Assembly (NCBI GenBank): GCA_017646825.1
Contig: JAGCLT010000045.1
Coordinates: forward strand, 1 to 55,046
Length of the DNA stretch: 55,046 nt
Reading direction: 5' to 3'
Origin: Clostridia bacterium
GTDB taxonomy: Bacteria > Bacillota > Clostridia > Monoglobales > Firm-18
The notes beneath the pieces are model-generated. The model worked only from the letters and a program-made list of their open reading frames with translations. It was not told the DNA's origin and did no database searches. This document shows positions 9,981-19,408 of this stretch, one piece after another. Within the stretch, counting starts at the first letter, position 1. Each line of letters begins with the position of its first letter. Position numbers and translations under genes: made by a program.

Positions 9981-11180
9981 TTATTTGATTACATAGATAG
10001 TCATTTCTGCTAATTTTCCGTCTATTTCGCGGGCTACAACAAAGGCGGTTGTAACCTGCTCAGAGCCAAGGTAAATGTTTCCGTCTTCAAATTCCAATGC
10101 TTCCTTATCGTCTATATACAGGTTATTTCTTTCGTTTGCACCTGTGTAGTAGAAATATGTTTCTGCATCGGATTTTGCTGCGAAATCAAGACCGAAAGAG
10201 CCTGTTGATTTGGCATTGTCTTTTAATGTAACAGTATTTCTTTCGATGCTTTCTATTTCGCCAAAATAGTATTTTGATTTATTGCTTGTGGTGTTAACTT
10301 CTGTCATATATTCTGTGCCGAAATTAACTGTGCTTCCATCGCAGGTTGCAAGAATTCTTACAGATTTAACAAAGTTTTTGTTGTTGAAAACAGGGATTAT
10401 TGTATCTCCTCTTTTTACTTCCTGGTCAAAACTTTCAGTTGAAAGGAATGTTACGTCTTTTTCTGTTTTAATTCCGTTAATCTGTTTTACTTCGTTTCCG
10501 TTATCATTAGTTGTAAGTGATACTGATGATACGGGAATAAAGTTACTTACAGTTACCTTTTCTTCTTCAACTTCTGGAACTTCAGGTTCAACTTTTTCTT
10601 CTTCAACAACTGTTTCATAAGATACTTTTAGAAGTTTTGCAAATTCTGCTCTTGTAAGCGGAATGTCAGGTCTTATTGTGCTGTCTTCATAACCTATTGC
10701 AATTTCTTTTTCTTTTGCAAATGCAACGGCAGTTTTTGCGTAATCGGAAATTTTGTATGCGTCTTTATAAAAATCAACAGTGATTTCGTCCGCAGTAACC
10801 TCGCCGAATTTCGCTTTTACTATTGCATAAATTGCATCCTGTCTTGTTATTTCTGCATCAGGATTAAAGTTGTTGCCTAAGAATGGAGGCATAACGCTGT
10901 GTCCGTCTTTAATGTATGTATAATGCCAGTCTGTTTCTTTTACGTCATCAAATTCTTTTTTTTCGCTTGTTACATTAAACAAAACAGTAACAGTTTTTAA
11001 TGCCTCGGCACGAGTAATGAAATCGTCAGGCTTGAATGTACCGTCGGGATAGCCGTTCATTGCTTTGACCTCTTTAGCCCATTTGATTTCCTCTGTTGCC
11101 CAGTGTCCTTGTGTATCTGCAGCGTATGCAATTGTAAACAGCATACATACCGCTAAAATTAATGAAGTAATCTTTTTCAT
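9981..11180 (-). CDS. Secreted S-layer-homology (SLH) domain protein with a C-terminal domain of unknown function
   Basis: Signal peptide MKKITSLILAVCMLFTIAYA. There are three SLH-like repeats (...GYPDGTFKPDDFITRAEALK..., ...ITRQDAIYAIVK..., ...GYEDSTIRPDIPLTRAEFAKLL), then an E/P/V-rich linker. I prefer the start at 11180 because GGGGG precedes it; the ORF track extends to 11240. Confidence 0.75.
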   Translation of the reverse strand: MKKITSLILAVCMLFTIAYAADTQGHWATEEIKWAKEVKAMNGYPDGTFKPDDFITRAEALKTVTVLFNVTSEKKEFDDVKETDWHYTYIKDGHSVMPPFLGNNFNPDAEITRQDAIYAIVKAKFGEVTADEITVDFYKDAYKISDYAKTAVAFAKEKEIAIGYEDSTIRPDIPLTRAEFAKLLKVSYETVVEEEKVEPEVPEVEEEKVTVSNFIPVSSVSLTTNDNGNEVKQINGIKTEKDVTFLSTESFDQEVKRGDTIIPVFNNKNFVKSVRILATCDGSTVNFGTEYMTEVNTTSNKSKYYFGEIESIERNTVTLKDNAKSTGSFGLDFAAKSDAETYFYYTGANERNNLYIDDKEALEFEDGNIYLGSEQVTTAFVVAREIDGKLAEMTIYVIK

Positions 11181-11309
11181 TTTAATTCCCCCTTTTTTAT
11201 TATAATAACAAAAAATCAAATAATAATCAATGGCTGACACAAAAATTTAACAAACTTGTCGCGCACTGTCGTATTTTTCGTGATAGATTAAACACAAGGA
11301 GGTGAAAAA

Positions 11310-11948
11310 ATGAAGATAACAAATATTCCAAATCAGATAATAAGAGGTGCCTTTGCACCTGTAAACAAAGGAAAAATTGACACTATTGTTTTGCACCATA
11401 TGGCACACAAAACTGCAGGTGTGAAAGAGGTTGAAAGGTGGCACATAAATAACGGCTGGACCGCTATCGGCTACAACTATTTTATTTGTTTTGACGGCAC
11501 GATTTATAAAGGCAGAGGGTTAAATGTGGGAGCAGGTGTGGCAAATCACAACAGCCACATAATAAGCATCGGTTTTCAGGGTGATTACCATTCAGCAAAA
11601 GTTTCTATGCCTGACAGTCAGTTTAACAGCGGTGTGGAACTTATTTCCTATTTGCAAAGCATACTGCCCAATGCAAAAAAGGTAGAGGGGCACAGATACT
11701 TTGGCGGGTCTGTATGCCCCGGGACGTATTTCCCACTTGAAGAAATGAAAAAACTAAAGAAAAGAGGTGAAACTATGGAAAAAACATATAATAAGGTTAA
11801 CGATTGCCCTGACTGGTCACGGGCAACCGTGCAAAAATTAATTGGCAAAGGTTACTTAAAGGGCGACGAAAACGGCAACCTTGGTCTTAATGACACAATG
11901 ATTAAAATTCTTGTTATTAACGACAGAGCAGGAATTTACGGAAATTAA
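11310..11948 (+). CDS. N-acetylmuramoyl-L-alanine amidase (Amidase_2/PGRP type) with a short SLH-like C-terminal tail
   Basis: 212 aa. Motifs are TIVLHHMA, WHINNGWTAIGYNYFI, HNSHIISIGFQG and HRYFGGSVCPG. The C-terminus reads ...ATVQKLIGKGYLKGDENGNL. Confidence 0.8.
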   Translation: MKITNIPNQIIRGAFAPVNKGKIDTIVLHHMAHKTAGVKEVERWHINNGWTAIGYNYFICFDGTIYKGRGLNVGAGVANHNSHIISIGFQGDYHSAKVSMPDSQFNSGVELISYLQSILPNAKKVEGHRYFGGSVCPGTYFPLEEMKKLKKRGETMEKTYNKVNDCPDWSRATVQKLIGKGYLKGDENGNLGLNDTMIKILVINDRAGIYGN

Positions 11949-11958
11949 TAAAAAACTA

Positions 11959-11987
11959 TTGACAAGTGTTCGTTTATTATGTATAAT
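11959..11987 (+). promoter_or_regulatory. Consensus sigma-A promoter for the ylxM-ffh array
   Basis: TTGACA (11959-11964), 17-nt spacer, TATAAT (11982-11987). Confidence 0.65.
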
Positions 11988-12028
11988 TGTAAAGTACTTT
12001 TGCTTTACAGCGTGTGTGAGGTGTGCTT

Positions 12029-12376
12029 ATGAGTAAAAATCTTGATATAATAATGCTTTATGATTTTTATCACGATATGTTAACAGATAAGCAGGCGGAA
12101 GTTATAGATTTGTACTATAACGAGGACCTTTCACTTGCAGAAATAAGCGAACATTTGTCAATTACCCGTCAAGGTGTGAGAGATAATATAAAACGTGCTG
12201 AAAACATACTTCTGGAACTGGAAAGCAAAATAGGTGCTTTGTCAAGATACCAAAAGCAACGGGGTGAAGTTTTAAAGGCAAAGGACATTGCATTAAAGCT
12301 TCTTGAAAACACGGGTGGCGAAGTACATAGTGAAATTGAAAAAATATATACGTTGTTATGCGGAATAGAGGAATAA
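12029..12376 (+). CDS. ylxM: YlxM (UPF0122) helix-turn-helix protein associated with the SRP operon
   Basis: LYDFYHDMLTDKQAEVIDLYYNEDLSLAEISEHLSITRQGVRDNIKR, immediately upstream of ffh. ATG 12029 is preceded by GAGGTG; the ORF track begins at GTG 12023. Confidence 0.85.
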   Translation: MSKNLDIIMLYDFYHDMLTDKQAEVIDLYYNEDLSLAEISEHLSITRQGVRDNIKRAENILLELESKIGALSRYQKQRGEVLKAKDIALKLLENTGGEVHSEIEKIYTLLCGIEE

Positions 12377-12377
12377 A

Positions 12378-13709
12378 ATGAGCAACTTATCTGAGAAACT
12401 GCAAGGTGTTTTTAAAAAGTTAAGAGGCAAAGGTAAAATATCCGAAGCAGACTTGAAAGAGGGCATGCGAGAGGTAAAACTTGCGCTTTTGGAGGCAGAC
12501 GTTAACTTTAAAGTGGTAAAGGAATTTATCGCTTCTGTTACGGAAAGAGCATCAGGCGCAGAGGTTATGGAATCTCTTACTCCCGGACAACAGATAGTTA
12601 AAATAGTAAACGAGGAATTAACCGCACTTATGGGCGGTGAAAATGCAAAAATCAGTATATCATCAAAACCGCCGACGGTTATTATGATGACAGGTTTGCA
12701 GGGTGCAGGTAAAACTACCACCGCAGGAAAACTGGGCGGTATGTTTAAAAAACAGGGAAGACGTCCTTTACTTGTTGCTTGTGACGTTTACAGACCTGCG
12801 GCAATTGACCAGTTATGCGTTGTTGGTGAAAAACTTGAAATCCCGGTATTTAAAATTCCCGAAAGCAAAAATCCCGTTGATATTTCAAAACAGGCTATAG
12901 AACACGCCAAAAAGTACGGCAACGATATAGTTATTATTGATACTGCCGGACGACTTCATATTGACGAAGATTTAATGCAGGAGTTAAAGAACATTAAAAG
13001 TTCTGTTAACATAAATGAAACATTGCTTGTGGTTGATGCTATGACAGGTCAGGACGCATCAAACGTTGCCGAAAGTTTTAACTCACAGTTGGAAATCGAC
13101 GGCGTAATTCTTACAAAATTAGACGGCGATGCCCGAGGCGGTGCGGCGTTATCAGTAAGAAAAATCACAGGCAAACCAATTAAGTTTATTGGTGCAGGAG
13201 AAAAACTTGAAGACTTTGAGCCCTTTTATCCTGACAGAATGGCGTCAAGAATTCTTGGAATGGGCGATGTTTTGTCTTTGATTGAAAAGGCAGAACAGGC
13301 ATTTGACGAAAAGAAAGCTTTAGAGTTGGAAGAAAAACTTCGCAAACAGCAGTTTGACCTTGATGATTTTTTAGACCAGATGGAGCAAATGAAAAAAATG
13401 GGTCCTTTAGAAAATCTTCTTGGTATGATACCAGGTGTTGATGCAAAAGCACTTCAGGGTGCAACAGTTGATGAGAAGAAACTGGCTCACATTGAAGCAA
13501 TAATTAAGAGTATGACAAAAAAAGAACGTTCCAATCCGTCAATTATAAATTCCAGCAGAAAAAGAAGAATTGCGGCAGGAAGCGGAACAAACGTTCAGCA
13601 GGTTAACGCTTTACTAAAACAGTTTGAGCAGATGCAGAAAATGGTTAAACAGTTTGGTAAAATGAACAAAAAAGGTGCCTTTAGGAAAATGAAATTTCCT
13701 TTAGCATAG
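12378..13709 (+). CDS. ffh: Signal recognition particle protein Ffh
   Basis: 443 aa. It has [25 protein letters not shown] and a Met-rich M domain. Confidence 0.95.
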   Translation: MSNLSEKLQGVFKKLRGKGKISEADLKEGMREVKLALLEADVNFKVVKEFIASVTERASGAEVMESLTPGQQIVKIVNEELTALMGGENAKISISSKPPTVIMMTGLQGAGKTTTAGKLGGMFKKQGRRPLLVACDVYRPAAIDQLCVVGEKLEIPVFKIPESKNPVDISKQAIEHAKKYGNDIVIIDTAGRLHIDEDLMQELKNIKSSVNINETLLVVDAMTGQDASNVAESFNSQLEIDGVILTKLDGDARGGAALSVRKITGKPIKFIGAGEKLEDFEPFYPDRMASRILGMGDVLSLIEKAEQAFDEKKALELEEKLRKQQFDLDDFLDQMEQMKKMGPLENLLGMIPGVDAKALQGATVDEKKLAHIEAIIKSMTKKERSNPSIINSSRKRRIAAGSGTNVQQVNALLKQFEQMQKMVKQFGKMNKKGAFRKMKFPLA

Positions 13710-13737
13710 ATTAATTAATTTCGGAGGTGAATTTAAG

Positions 13738-13971
13738 ATGGCAGTAAAAATTCGTTTAAAGAGAATGGGTGCTAAAAAAAGTCCTTTTTACCGTGTTGTA
13801 GTTGCTGACTCAAGATATCCACGTGATGGTCGTTTTATCGAAGAAATCGGCACATACAATCCTTTGACAGACCCTTCAACAATCAACATTGACAAAGAAA
13901 AAGCAGAAAAATGGATTAAGAACGGTGCACAACCTACAGAAACCGTAAAGAAATTGCTTAAAGAATGCTAA
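13738..13971 (+). CDS. rpsP: 30S ribosomal protein S16
   Basis: [26 protein letters not shown]... Confidence 0.95.
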   Translation: MAVKIRLKRMGAKKSPFYRVVVADSRYPRDGRFIEEIGTYNPLTDPSTINIDKEKAEKWIKNGAQPTETVKKLLKEC

Positions 13972-13993
13972 GAAGCAAAAGGAGTATTAATCT

Positions 13994-14221
13994 ATGAAAG
14001 AACTATTGGAGTTTATTGCCAAATCACTTGTTGATGACAAAGACGCCGTAACAGTTACTGAAAGTGAAACAGAAACTACAATAACTTTGGAACTGCGCGT
14101 GTCTGAAGGTGATATGGGCAAGGTTATCGGCAAACAGGGAAGAATTGCAAAAGCAATTCGTACCGTTATCCGTAGTGCTTCTGCTAAAACGGGTAAAAAG
14201 GTTATTGTTGATATTATATAA
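13994..14221 (+). CDS. khpA: KH-domain RNA-binding protein (YlqC/KhpA family)
   Basis: 75 aa with a GKVIGKQGRIAKAIRTV KH motif. Its position between rpsP and rimM is conserved. Confidence 0.85.
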   Translation: MKELLEFIAKSLVDDKDAVTVTESETETTITLELRVSEGDMGKVIGKQGRIAKAIRTVIRSASAKTGKKVIVDII

Positions 14222-14282
14222 GTAAGGGGAGGAAACTTAATTGTTTTCTTCCCTAAAATGCTTTTTTGAAGAGGAGATTTTT

Positions 14283-14774
14283 ATGCTTGAAATCGGGAAA
14301 ATTGTGAATACACACGGCTTAAAAGGTGAAATGAAAATTGCACCCTGGTGTGATGGTTTTGACTTTTTTAAGCAGGTAAAAACTGTATTTATTAACGAAA
14401 AACAGTACGAAATCACAAATTCCCGTCAGCAAAAAAACCTGTTTATTATTAAACTTTCCGGAGTTGATTCTATTGACGATACTCCGGGGTTTATAAACAA
14501 GGTGGTTTATGCAAAAAAATCAACTTTACCCAAACTTCCCGAAAACACCTATTACATTGTTGATTTAATAGGTCTTGGCGTTTACAATGACGGCGAGTTG
14601 TTGGGGGAAGTGCAGGAGGTTTTGCAGTTAAAGGCAAATGACGTCTATGTTGTAAAATCCGGGGACGGAAAAGAAATACTTGTTCCTGCAATCAAAGAAG
14701 TAGTTAAAAATATAAGTATCGACAGTAAAAGAATTGATGTTTGCCTGATGGAGGAATACAAAGATGAGAATTGA
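14283..14774 (+). CDS. rimM: 16S rRNA processing protein RimM
   Basis: MLEIGKIVNTHGLKGEMKI... The ATG at 14283 is preceded by GAGGAG. The ORF-track TTG at 14241 adds 14 unlikely residues. Confidence 0.9.
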   Translation: MLEIGKIVNTHGLKGEMKIAPWCDGFDFFKQVKTVFINEKQYEITNSRQQKNLFIIKLSGVDSIDDTPGFINKVVYAKKSTLPKLPENTYYIVDLIGLGVYNDGELLGEVQEVLQLKANDVYVVKSGDGKEILVPAIKEVVKNISIDSKRIDVCLMEEYKDEN

Positions 14775-15453
14775 TATTCTTACTTTATTCCCCGAAATGG
14801 AAGATAATATTTTGTCGGAAAGCATAATTGGAAGGGCTAGGGCAAACAATAAAATAGAGATAAATTGCATTAACATTCGCGACTTTTCTAAGGACAAGCA
14901 CCGCCGTGTTGACGATTATCCATACGGCGGAGGTATGGGAATGGTAATGCAACCCCAACCAATTTACGATGCCTATAAAAGCATTGTTGACAGTTGTGAA
15001 ACAAAGCCCACGGTTATTTATATGTCTCCCCAAGGCAAGGTGTTTAATCAGGAAATTGCAAAAGAACTTGCAGGTTACGAACACATAATATTGCTTTGCG
15101 GACATTACGAGGGCGTTGACGAAAGAATTATCGAAGAAATAGTTGACTTTGAATTGTCAATCGGTGATTACGTGCTGACCGGCGGTGAACTTCCTGCAGC
15201 AGTTGTTGCTGACTGTGTGGCACGGCTTGTGCCGGGCGTATTATCTGATGATATGTCATTTATTGATGAGTCTCATTACAATAATTTGCTTGAGTATCCT
15301 CAATACACAAGACCGCCTGAATTTATGGGCAGAAAAGTACCCGAGGTGCTTTTAAGCGGTCATCACAAAAACATTGAGGCGTGGAGAAAAGAACAGAGTA
15401 TTAAAAGAACAAAAACAAAAAGACCTGATTTAATAGGTGGAAAAAATGAATAA
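14764..15453 (+). CDS. trmD: tRNA (guanine37-N1)-methyltransferase
   Basis: MRIDILTLFPEM..., DDYPYGGGMGMVM, GHYEGVDERI and LTGGELPA. Confidence 0.95.
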   Translation: MRIDILTLFPEMEDNILSESIIGRARANNKIEINCINIRDFSKDKHRRVDDYPYGGGMGMVMQPQPIYDAYKSIVDSCETKPTVIYMSPQGKVFNQEIAKELAGYEHIILLCGHYEGVDERIIEEIVDFELSIGDYVLTGGELPAAVVADCVARLVPGVLSDDMSFIDESHYNNLLEYPQYTRPPEFMGRKVPEVLLSGHHKNIEAWRKEQSIKRTKTKRPDLIGGKNE

Positions 15454-16054
15454 AATCGGTATTTTGGGAGGAACATTCGACCCCATTCACAACGGTCATC
15501 TGTATATGGCAGAACTTGCTATGGAACAGGCAGACCTTGATGAAGTTATTTTTGTCCCAACGGGTACTGTTCCTCATAAAGACAACAGCGGAATAACAGG
15601 AAAAAAGCACAGATATAATATGGTTTTATGTGCAGTAAATGAATATGAAAATTATATGGTATCGGATATAGAGATAAACCGTGACGGTGTGTGCTATACC
15701 TATGAAACCTTAAAGGTTCTTTCAAAGAAGTATAAAAACGACAAGTTGTACTTTATTGTAGGTGCAGACTGTGTTTTTGACATTGACGAGTGGAAAGAGC
15801 CGGGGGAAATATTTAAGTATGCCACCCTTTTAGTTATCAACAGAAAGTCGGATACCTGTTTTAATATAAAAGAAGAGTGCCAAAAGGTACAAAAACGGTA
15901 CGGCGGTGAAATAGTGCTGTTAGACGGATGCGGTCCCGAAATTTCTTCAACTATGATACGGGAAGCATTAAAGAAAAACGAAAACACAGAAGAATTTATA
16001 CCAAAGTGTGTTTATGATTACATTGCAATAAATGATTTATATAAAAAGGACTAA
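15446..16054 (+). CDS. nadD: Nicotinate-nucleotide adenylyltransferase
   Basis: MNKIGILGGTFDPIHNGH... and the ISST motif. An alternative GTG lies at 15437. The gene overlaps the trmD stop. Confidence 0.9.
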   Translation: MNKIGILGGTFDPIHNGHLYMAELAMEQADLDEVIFVPTGTVPHKDNSGITGKKHRYNMVLCAVNEYENYMVSDIEINRDGVCYTYETLKVLSKKYKNDKLYFIVGADCVFDIDEWKEPGEIFKYATLLVINRKSDTCFNIKEECQKVQKRYGGEIVLLDGCGPEISSTMIREALKKNENTEEFIPKCVYDYIAINDLYKKD

Positions 16055-16060
16055 CGAAAA

Positions 16061-16624
16061 ATGGATTACGAAAAATACATTGAAAAATTAATGTCCCCAA
16101 AAAGATACAGGCACAGTCTGGGTGTAAGGGATATGGCTGTATCTCTTGCGGAAAAATACGGTGCAGACAAAGAAAAAGCATATCTGGCGGGACTTTTGCA
16201 CGACGTAGTAAAAGATTTTTCTTACGAAGAAATGATAGACTATGCCAACAAGAACGGGTTTAAGCTTGAAGAGTTTATTATAAAAGAGCCAAAACTTTTG
16301 CATGCCGTGGTAGGTGCTTATTATGTAAAGCTGGAATTGGGCATAGACGACCCTGAAATTTTTGACGCAATATACTATCACACCACATCAAAAGCAGAAA
16401 TGCCGCTTCTTACAAAGATTATATACATTGCAGATGCTATTGAATGCAACAGAGACTACCCTGAGGTTGAAAGCATAAGAAAAAAAGCTTTTGAAAAGTT
16501 GGACGAAGCAATTTTTATGGTTTTAAAATACACAATTTTAAAACTTGTTTCATCAAACAGAATGTTACATACTGAAACAGTAAATGCAATGAATCATTTT
16601 TTAATGAAAGGATGTAAAATATGA
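16061..16624 (+). CDS. yqeK: HD-domain bis(5'-nucleosyl)-tetraphosphatase YqeK
   Basis: RYRHSLGV...LLHD HD motif. The position after nadD is conserved. Confidence 0.85.
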   Translation: MDYEKYIEKLMSPKRYRHSLGVRDMAVSLAEKYGADKEKAYLAGLLHDVVKDFSYEEMIDYANKNGFKLEEFIIKEPKLLHAVVGAYYVKLELGIDDPEIFDAIYYHTTSKAEMPLLTKIIYIADAIECNRDYPEVESIRKKAFEKLDEAIFMVLKYTILKLVSSNRMLHTETVNAMNHFLMKGCKI

Positions 16625-16977
16625 GTCTGGAAATGGTTAAAACCGCAGTAAAAGCGTTAGATTCAAAAAAAGGAAACGATATTCAGGTAATAGATATAAG
16701 AGAAGTAAGTCAGCTTGGTGATTATCTTGTTATTTGCACAGGTACTTCTTCAACCCACGTTAAAGCTCTTGCAGACGAAGTTGAGTACTGTATGGAGGGA
16801 CACGAGGCAGAAGTAGGGTATCACAAAGAGGGCTATGGCACAGGCACATGGGTACTACTTGATTACAAAGACATTATTGTTCACATAATGTACGGGGAAA
16901 CAAGAGATTTTTACAATCTTGAACATTTGTGGTCTGACGGCAAACAAGTTGATATTTCAAAACTATTGGAGGATTAA
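16621..16977 (+). CDS. rsfS: Ribosome silencing factor RsfS
   Basis: 118 aa. Motifs are [33 protein letters not shown] and YNLEHLW. Confidence 0.9.
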   Translation: MSLEMVKTAVKALDSKKGNDIQVIDIREVSQLGDYLVICTGTSSTHVKALADEVEYCMEGHEAEVGYHKEGYGTGTWVLLDYKDIIVHIMYGETRDFYNLEHLWSDGKQVDISKLLED

Positions 16978-16979
16978 TT

Positions 16980-19391
16980 ATGAATTACAATTATAAGGAA
17001 ATTGAGAAAAAATGGCAAAACCACTGGGACGAAAACGAAACATTTAAAGCAGGAGAGGACTATTCAAAACCGAAATTTTACGGTCTTGTTGAGTTCCCCT
17101 ATCCTTCAGGACACGGACTTCATGTAGGTCACCCCAGAGGTTACACTGCAATTGATATTATTTCAAGAAAGAAACGCCTTGAGGGGTATAACGTGTTGTT
17201 CCCTATGGGCTGGGACGCATTTGGTCTTCCTACAGAAAACTTTGCAATTAAAAACAACATTCATCCTGAAATTGTAACTGCCGACAACATTAAGAATTTT
17301 AAAAGACAGTTAAAAATGCTTGGTTTTTCTTTTGACTGGTCAAAAGAAATCAATACTACAGACCCCAACTACTACAAATGGACACAATGGATTTTCTTAA
17401 AATTATTTGAAAAAGGTCTTGCATACAAAACAAAAATGCCTATCAACTTCTGCACAGGCTGTAAAGTAGGTCTTGCAAACGAAGAAGTTGTAAACGGCGT
17501 TTGTGAACGTTGCGGAAGCGAAGTTGTTCAAAAGGAAAAATCACAGTGGATGCTTAAAATCACAGAGTATGCACAGCGTTTAATTGACGATTTGGACGAA
17601 CTTGATTTCCTTGAAAAAATTAAATTGCAACAGAAAAACTGGATTGGCCGTTCTGAGGGTGCTGAAGTTAAATTTGCCATCAAGGACTGCGAAGATTTAA
17701 TTACAGTTTACACTACAAGACCAGATACATTGTTCGGTGCTACATATATGGTATTGTCACCCGAACACGCTTTCATTGACAAATATAAAGATAAAATTGA
17801 AAATTACGACGAAGTTTTAGAATACAAGACAATGGCGTCTAAAAAGAGCGAGTTTGAAAGAGTTGAACTTGCAAAAGACAAAACAGGCGTAATGTTAAAA
17901 GGTATTACAGCAATCAACCCCGTTAACGGTGCTGAAATTCCTGTATGGATTTCAGACTATGTACTTGTAACATACGGCACAGGTGCTATTATGGCTGTTC
18001 CTGCTCACGATACCCGTGACTGGGATTTTGCTAAAAAATTCAATATGCCTATTATTGAAGTTGTTGCAGGCGGGGAAGATGTGCAAAAAGAAGCATATAC
18101 CGATGTTGAAGACGGTGTTATGGTTAATTCGGGCTTCTTAAACGGAATGTCAGTTGCACAGGCTAAAACTGCAATTATTGAAGATTTGGCTAAAAAAGGC
18201 GTAGGCGTTAAAAAGGTTAACTTCAAACTTCGTGACTGGGTATTCTCAAGACAAAGATATTGGGGTGAGCCAATCCCTCTTGTATGGTGCGACAAGTGCG
18301 GTTGGGTACCTGTACCTTACGAACAGCTGCCTTTAACATTGCCAAAAACCGAGCATTTTGAACCGGGTGAAGACGGGGAGTCACCGCTTGTTAAACTTAC
18401 AGACTGGGTTAATACAACTTGCCCGAAATGCGGCGGAGAAGCAAAAAGAGAAACAGATACTATGCCTCAGTGGGCAGGTTCTTCATGGTATTTCTTAAGA
18501 TATATAGACCCTGATAATAATGATGAATTAGCATCACAGGAAAAACTAAATTACTGGTTACCCGTTGACTGGTACAACGGCGGTATGGAGCACACAACAC
18601 TTCACTTGTTGTACTCAAGATTCTGGCACAAAGCGTTATTTGACATCGGTGCAGTTCCCACAAAAGAGCCTTATTTCAAGAGAACATCACACGGTATGAT
18701 TTTAGGCGAGAACGGCGAAAAAATGTCAAAATCAAGGGGTAATGTAATTAACCCTGATGATGTTGTAAATGATTACGGTGCAGATACATTCAGAGCATAC
18801 GAAATGTTTATCGGTGCTTTTGACCAGGCAACACCATGGTCAATGAATGGTGTTAAAGGTTGTTACAAGTTCTTAGAAAGAGTATGGAATTTGCAGGACA
18901 TTTTAGTTGACGATATGTCATATTCAACCGAACTTGAATCAGAAATGCACAAAACAATCAAAAAGGTTACAACAGATATTGATAAAATGAAGTTTAATAC
19001 TGCAATCGCTTCACTTATGGCACTTATTAACGAGGTAAGCAAAGCAGGTAAAATTACAAAAGGTGAATTTAAAACATTTATTACTTTGTTAAACCCCATA
19101 GCACCTCATATTACAGAAGAATTATGGGAAATTGCAGGTTTTGAAGGTCACATTACAGATTCTTCATGGCCGCAGTATGATGAGGAAAAAACAAAAGACG
19201 ACACTTATGAAATAGTTGTTCAGATTAATGGTAAGATTAAGAGCAAAGTAGTTATTTCCGCAACTGCAACTAAAGACGAAATAGAAAAAATTGCTCTTGC
19301 TGATGAGAAAATTGCAGAACTTATCAGCGGGAAAGATGTAGTAAAAACCATTGTTATTCCTAATAAGTTGGTTAATATTGTTGTTAAATAA
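16980..19391 (+). CDS. leuS: Leucine--tRNA ligase
   Basis: 803 aa. It has the HVGH (HIGH-type) motif at [12 protein letters not shown], and KMSKS. Confidence 0.97.
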   Translation: MNYNYKEIEKKWQNHWDENETFKAGEDYSKPKFYGLVEFPYPSGHGLHVGHPRGYTAIDIISRKKRLEGYNVLFPMGWDAFGLPTENFAIKNNIHPEIVTADNIKNFKRQLKMLGFSFDWSKEINTTDPNYYKWTQWIFLKLFEKGLAYKTKMPINFCTGCKVGLANEEVVNGVCERCGSEVVQKEKSQWMLKITEYAQRLIDDLDELDFLEKIKLQQKNWIGRSEGAEVKFAIKDCEDLITVYTTRPDTLFGATYMVLSPEHAFIDKYKDKIENYDEVLEYKTMASKKSEFERVELAKDKTGVMLKGITAINPVNGAEIPVWISDYVLVTYGTGAIMAVPAHDTRDWDFAKKFNMPIIEVVAGGEDVQKEAYTDVEDGVMVNSGFLNGMSVAQAKTAIIEDLAKKGVGVKKVNFKLRDWVFSRQRYWGEPIPLVWCDKCGWVPVPYEQLPLTLPKTEHFEPGEDGESPLVKLTDWVNTTCPKCGGEAKRETDTMPQWAGSSWYFLRYIDPDNNDELASQEKLNYWLPVDWYNGGMEHTTLHLLYSRFWHKALFDIGAVPTKEPYFKRTSHGMILGENGEKMSKSRGNVINPDDVVNDYGADTFRAYEMFIGAFDQATPWSMNGVKGCYKFLERVWNLQDILVDDMSYSTELESEMHKTIKKVTTDIDKMKFNTAIASLMALINEVSKAGKITKGEFKTFITLLNPIAPHITEELWEIAGFEGHITDSSWPQYDEEKTKDDTYEIVVQINGKIKSKVVISATATKDEIEKIALADEKIAELISGKDVVKTIVIPNKLVNIVVK

Positions 19392-19408
19392 AAGGAGAAA
19401 GTATTACA

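Noticed and set aside
14227-14253. Hairpin GGGAGGAAA-N9-TTTCTTCCC between the KH-protein gene and rimM, considered as an internal terminator.
   Set aside because: The stem is not followed directly by a U-tract (TAAAATGCTTTTTT is offset). The left arm doubles as an SD-like sequence. At most it is a processing or stability element, and I cannot support a terminator call.
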